Positions 59,416 through 61,882 of a stretch of DNA of 61,882 bases are shown here, one piece after another (position 1 is the first letter of the stretch; every line of letters begins with the position of its first letter). The notes under the pieces are model-generated. The model was not told where the DNA came from. It ran no database searches and saw only the letters and a list, made by a program, of their open reading frames with translations. The DNA comes from Nitrospiria bacterium (GTDB lineage Bacteria > Nitrospirota > Nitrospiria > SBBL01 > JAADHI01). The stretch covers positions 1 to 61,882 of the forward strand of contig JBHHXH010000004.1 in the NCBI GenBank assembly GCA_046756925.1, given 5' to 3'. Made by a program: the position numbers and the translations under genes.

Positions 59416-60096
59416 TCAGGCCCAATAAGGCACATATTTCATCATTTTCCGTGCAGCGGTATCATCAAAGGGCTTGATCATCCCCGCCTCGACTGCTTCG
59501 CGAATGTAACGTGATACGGCCGCCTTATTTTTCTCGTCGATGCCGAACCGCTCCCGCAAAGAAGCATTGGTCAAGTAGTTCCGCATCACCCATTTCAGAC
59601 AGGCATGAAGATAACAGGCCCGCACCCGATCCGACTTGTCCATTTCGGCGAGCGGCCGGTGCGCAAAAAGCACGACCTGTGTAAATCCTTCCGGTGCCTC
59701 GAAAAGAGGAGCAGGTAGCTGAAACAGCTCAATCTGAAAAATAACCTTGTCGATACCGCTGTCGCGCTCTTCACAAATCCTAAACCGGCGCATCAACGAA
59801 GCGAGTACCTCGTTTCGGGACTTAGGAGGCGTGTCCACAAACCTTTCGGTATCTACCAAGGGCTCACCCGGGTTAGTGATTTCGATACGGTCGTCGAAGA
59901 TTTCTACCATCGGCGCCGCGCCGGTCACGAATAAGTCTTGATGAATCAGCGCATTTGCCACCAGCTCCCGCACTGCAAGCTCCGGAAACATCGGTACGGT
60001 TTTGCGCAAGGCCTGTTCAATGACCTCATCGCTCGGAACCAATGTTATAATAAAACTAATCAGACCCTCGAAACCGTTTGCGTAGCCCTTTACACC
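59416..60096 (-). pseudogene. C-terminal part of an AlbA/RecG-like ATP-binding regulator (HATPase_c_4 + wHTH), 5' end deleted
   Basis: KGYANGFEGL, AVRELVANALIHQD, DRIEITNPG, SRN..LA, CEER.SG.DK and LTNASLRERFG; no N-terminal domain or proper start. Confidence 0.75.
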
Positions 60097-61122
60097 GAAA
60101 GAGCTCGTCTAAACCTCTTCTGTTCCGAGAAATTTGTTATCACAGTGGTGATCTGAGATGCATCGATTGGTTCCCAGGCAAAGAAGGGTTCCATGTAGTT
60201 AGGGCGGTAATTATGTTTGGTGTTATACAAACTACAGATCAGTGAATGTCCAAGTGCAATCCGGTTGTAGAAATTTATCTTCAGCATCTCCGGTGGCGAT
60301 GTCCCGACACTGCGTTCACGATCCGGGCTTCTTGGGTTGAGGCTGTAGCGGGTGCACTTGTCACGATGGGTCAGGTAGAGGCTTATTCCTGTTTGCGGGT
60401 CGGGATAAGTGTACTCACCAGATAGATCAAAAACGATCTGTCTCAGGTTTGTTTCCCTCCTGAGCATCGTATCAAGGATCACTTTAATCGTATTTGACTT
60501 GCCCATGCGCGTCTTTCCGAAAAGCGCAGTACGATTGCAAAGGAAATCGTCCGGCGACACAGAAACCGGCACGATTTCCCCGCTGTGGAGGGTTTCTGTC
60601 TCTGTATATCGAAGGCGACCAATCTGGACTGGATTTTTCTCTGCAACAAAGCAGTTGATGAGTACTTCGAGATGTTTACGCTTAGGTACGTAGATCTCGT
60701 AAAAGTGAGGGGGCACGAAACTGTCGATGTCGTTTCCGAAAGCAATCTTTTGTTCTGGGCTGTCATAGTATGTACCGAGAATGTCCGCTTTGAGAGCACC
60801 CCACTGTAATTCGGCATTCGTCAGCGGGTCAATGGCAGCTTGTACCTTGTGGATCTGAAAAAATCGTGCTTTGAATATCTGCTGCAACAGGCGTCATGGC
60901 CGTTTCCCGGATCCGCGCCAGGATAAGAAAAGATCGTGAATTTGAAGGCTTGAATGCGGCTGCTTTTTCATTGAGCCGGACGATGACAAACGAATTTCTC
61001 GGAACGCCGCCGCAATTTCGTTTCCAGGCATCACAAGTGACAAGAGTAAGTTCATCGTAATCCATTTTTAGGAGAAACCGGAGAAGAGATGACCGACTAT
61101 CAATACCATAGGCCGCCAACAT
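60090..61122 (-). pseudogene. HerA/DUF87-like ATPase, frameshifted and 3'-truncated
   Basis: HAS-barrel-like N-terminus (GGVP.NSF), frameshift at the A6 run 60858-60863, IG.LRYTET, Walker A FGKTRMGKS and FD..GEY; ends early. Confidence 0.75.
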
Positions 61123-61174
61123 CTCCGGGACTATACCATTTTCAGGTTCTGTACTTTTCTGGGCAGTCTCAACA

Positions 61175-61882
61175 TCAATAATGGATTCCCGCCTGCACCA
61201 GCGTGGCAGGAAAAAGCGGGTCGTCATTTCCCCAAAGTTTTTCTTCACGCAAATACCTTACCCAATTGGCAACGATTTCACGAATTTCATTTCCGACTGG
61301 GAAAAAGAAGGTCGTGAAGGTCTTGCTGAATTTTGTTTTCACCTCGCGAGCATCCTGCTCAACCTTCCCGTCTGGTAAATCTACGTGTTTCAGCTTCATC
61401 GAGGCAATAGCGCTATCCCGTGCTCCTGTAAGAAGCGTGAAAGCAATGAGAGCGCGATTGCGTCGTTCGATATCGGTATCGACCGGCATCTTCGAAATGG
61501 CGTGTTTAACTTGCTCCAGGGTAGGAGCCTTCTTTTCACGGCGGGCCGTCGCTACACGCATTTCCTTCTCAGAAATATTAAAATAGTCTGCATTGCCATA
61601 GTGAATTCGGGATTTATACCCTGGTTGGCCCGATAGCCACTGGAAAAATTTTTTCAGATTGCTCAGCGTTGAATTCAGAGTCGCCTTGCTCAATTTTTCT
61701 CCGGTTTTTTTGTTTTTCTGTTCGGCAAGGTAATGCTTGAATGCAATCGCCTGCTCAAAATGAAATCTCTTGAAGTCGCGGAACTTCGTATAAACCTCGA
61801 ATCGGTTAAGCGCCTTTGCCACCATGTCCACCGTTTGTTCGTTTTGGCGCTTCGCTTCCTTCAAAAAGAAAAAGTATTGCCG
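61175..61882 (-). pseudogene. Tyrosine recombinase/integrase, C-terminally truncated (5' end outside the window)
   Basis: RNRAL.AF.LLTGAR, V.TKFSK and DPLFP; stops before any HxxR or catalytic Tyr. Confidence 0.78.
61182..61196 (-). repeat. Half CGTC-type REP at the integrase truncation point
   Basis: TGGATTCCCGCCTGC, 14/15 identical to the start of REP copy 2. Confidence 0.7.

Overview
Bacterial chromosomal window. Gene content and the small conserved hypotheticals suggest Nitrospirota, but this is inference only. A housekeeping backbone (ldcA, moeA, lptFG, gcvPB, sdhA, prpDBC, hutI/hutH, tonB-exbBD, guaBA, msbA-like, mscS, xth, alkD-like, csp) is interrupted by four accessory regions. (1) 10.0-20.9 kb is a c-di-GMP signalling block: an apparent operon of an ExoAT/FeeM-like N-acyltransferase, a half-size periplasmic binding protein, an outer-membrane beta-barrel and a sensor-PAS-GGDEF-EAL protein. 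A duplicated receptor+yciI unit lies beside it. This is the best candidate for an undescribed signal-synthesis/uptake/sensing system. (2) 33-34.8 kb is a SLATT/BrnTA/YgiT-relic islet. (3) 50.1-53.3 kb holds a DUF262-HEPN two-gene unit bounded by attC-like sites, plus higBA sandwiched between two potassium-channel gene remnants. (4) 58-61.9 kb is a decayed defence island (hsdR, RecG-like regulator, HerA and integrase fragments). It carries an intact GIY-YIG nuclease flanked by inverted CGTC-type REPs, with a half REP at the integrase breakpoint. No rRNA, tRNA or CRISPR array was found. All family calls come from motif recognition by eye; no database searches were run.
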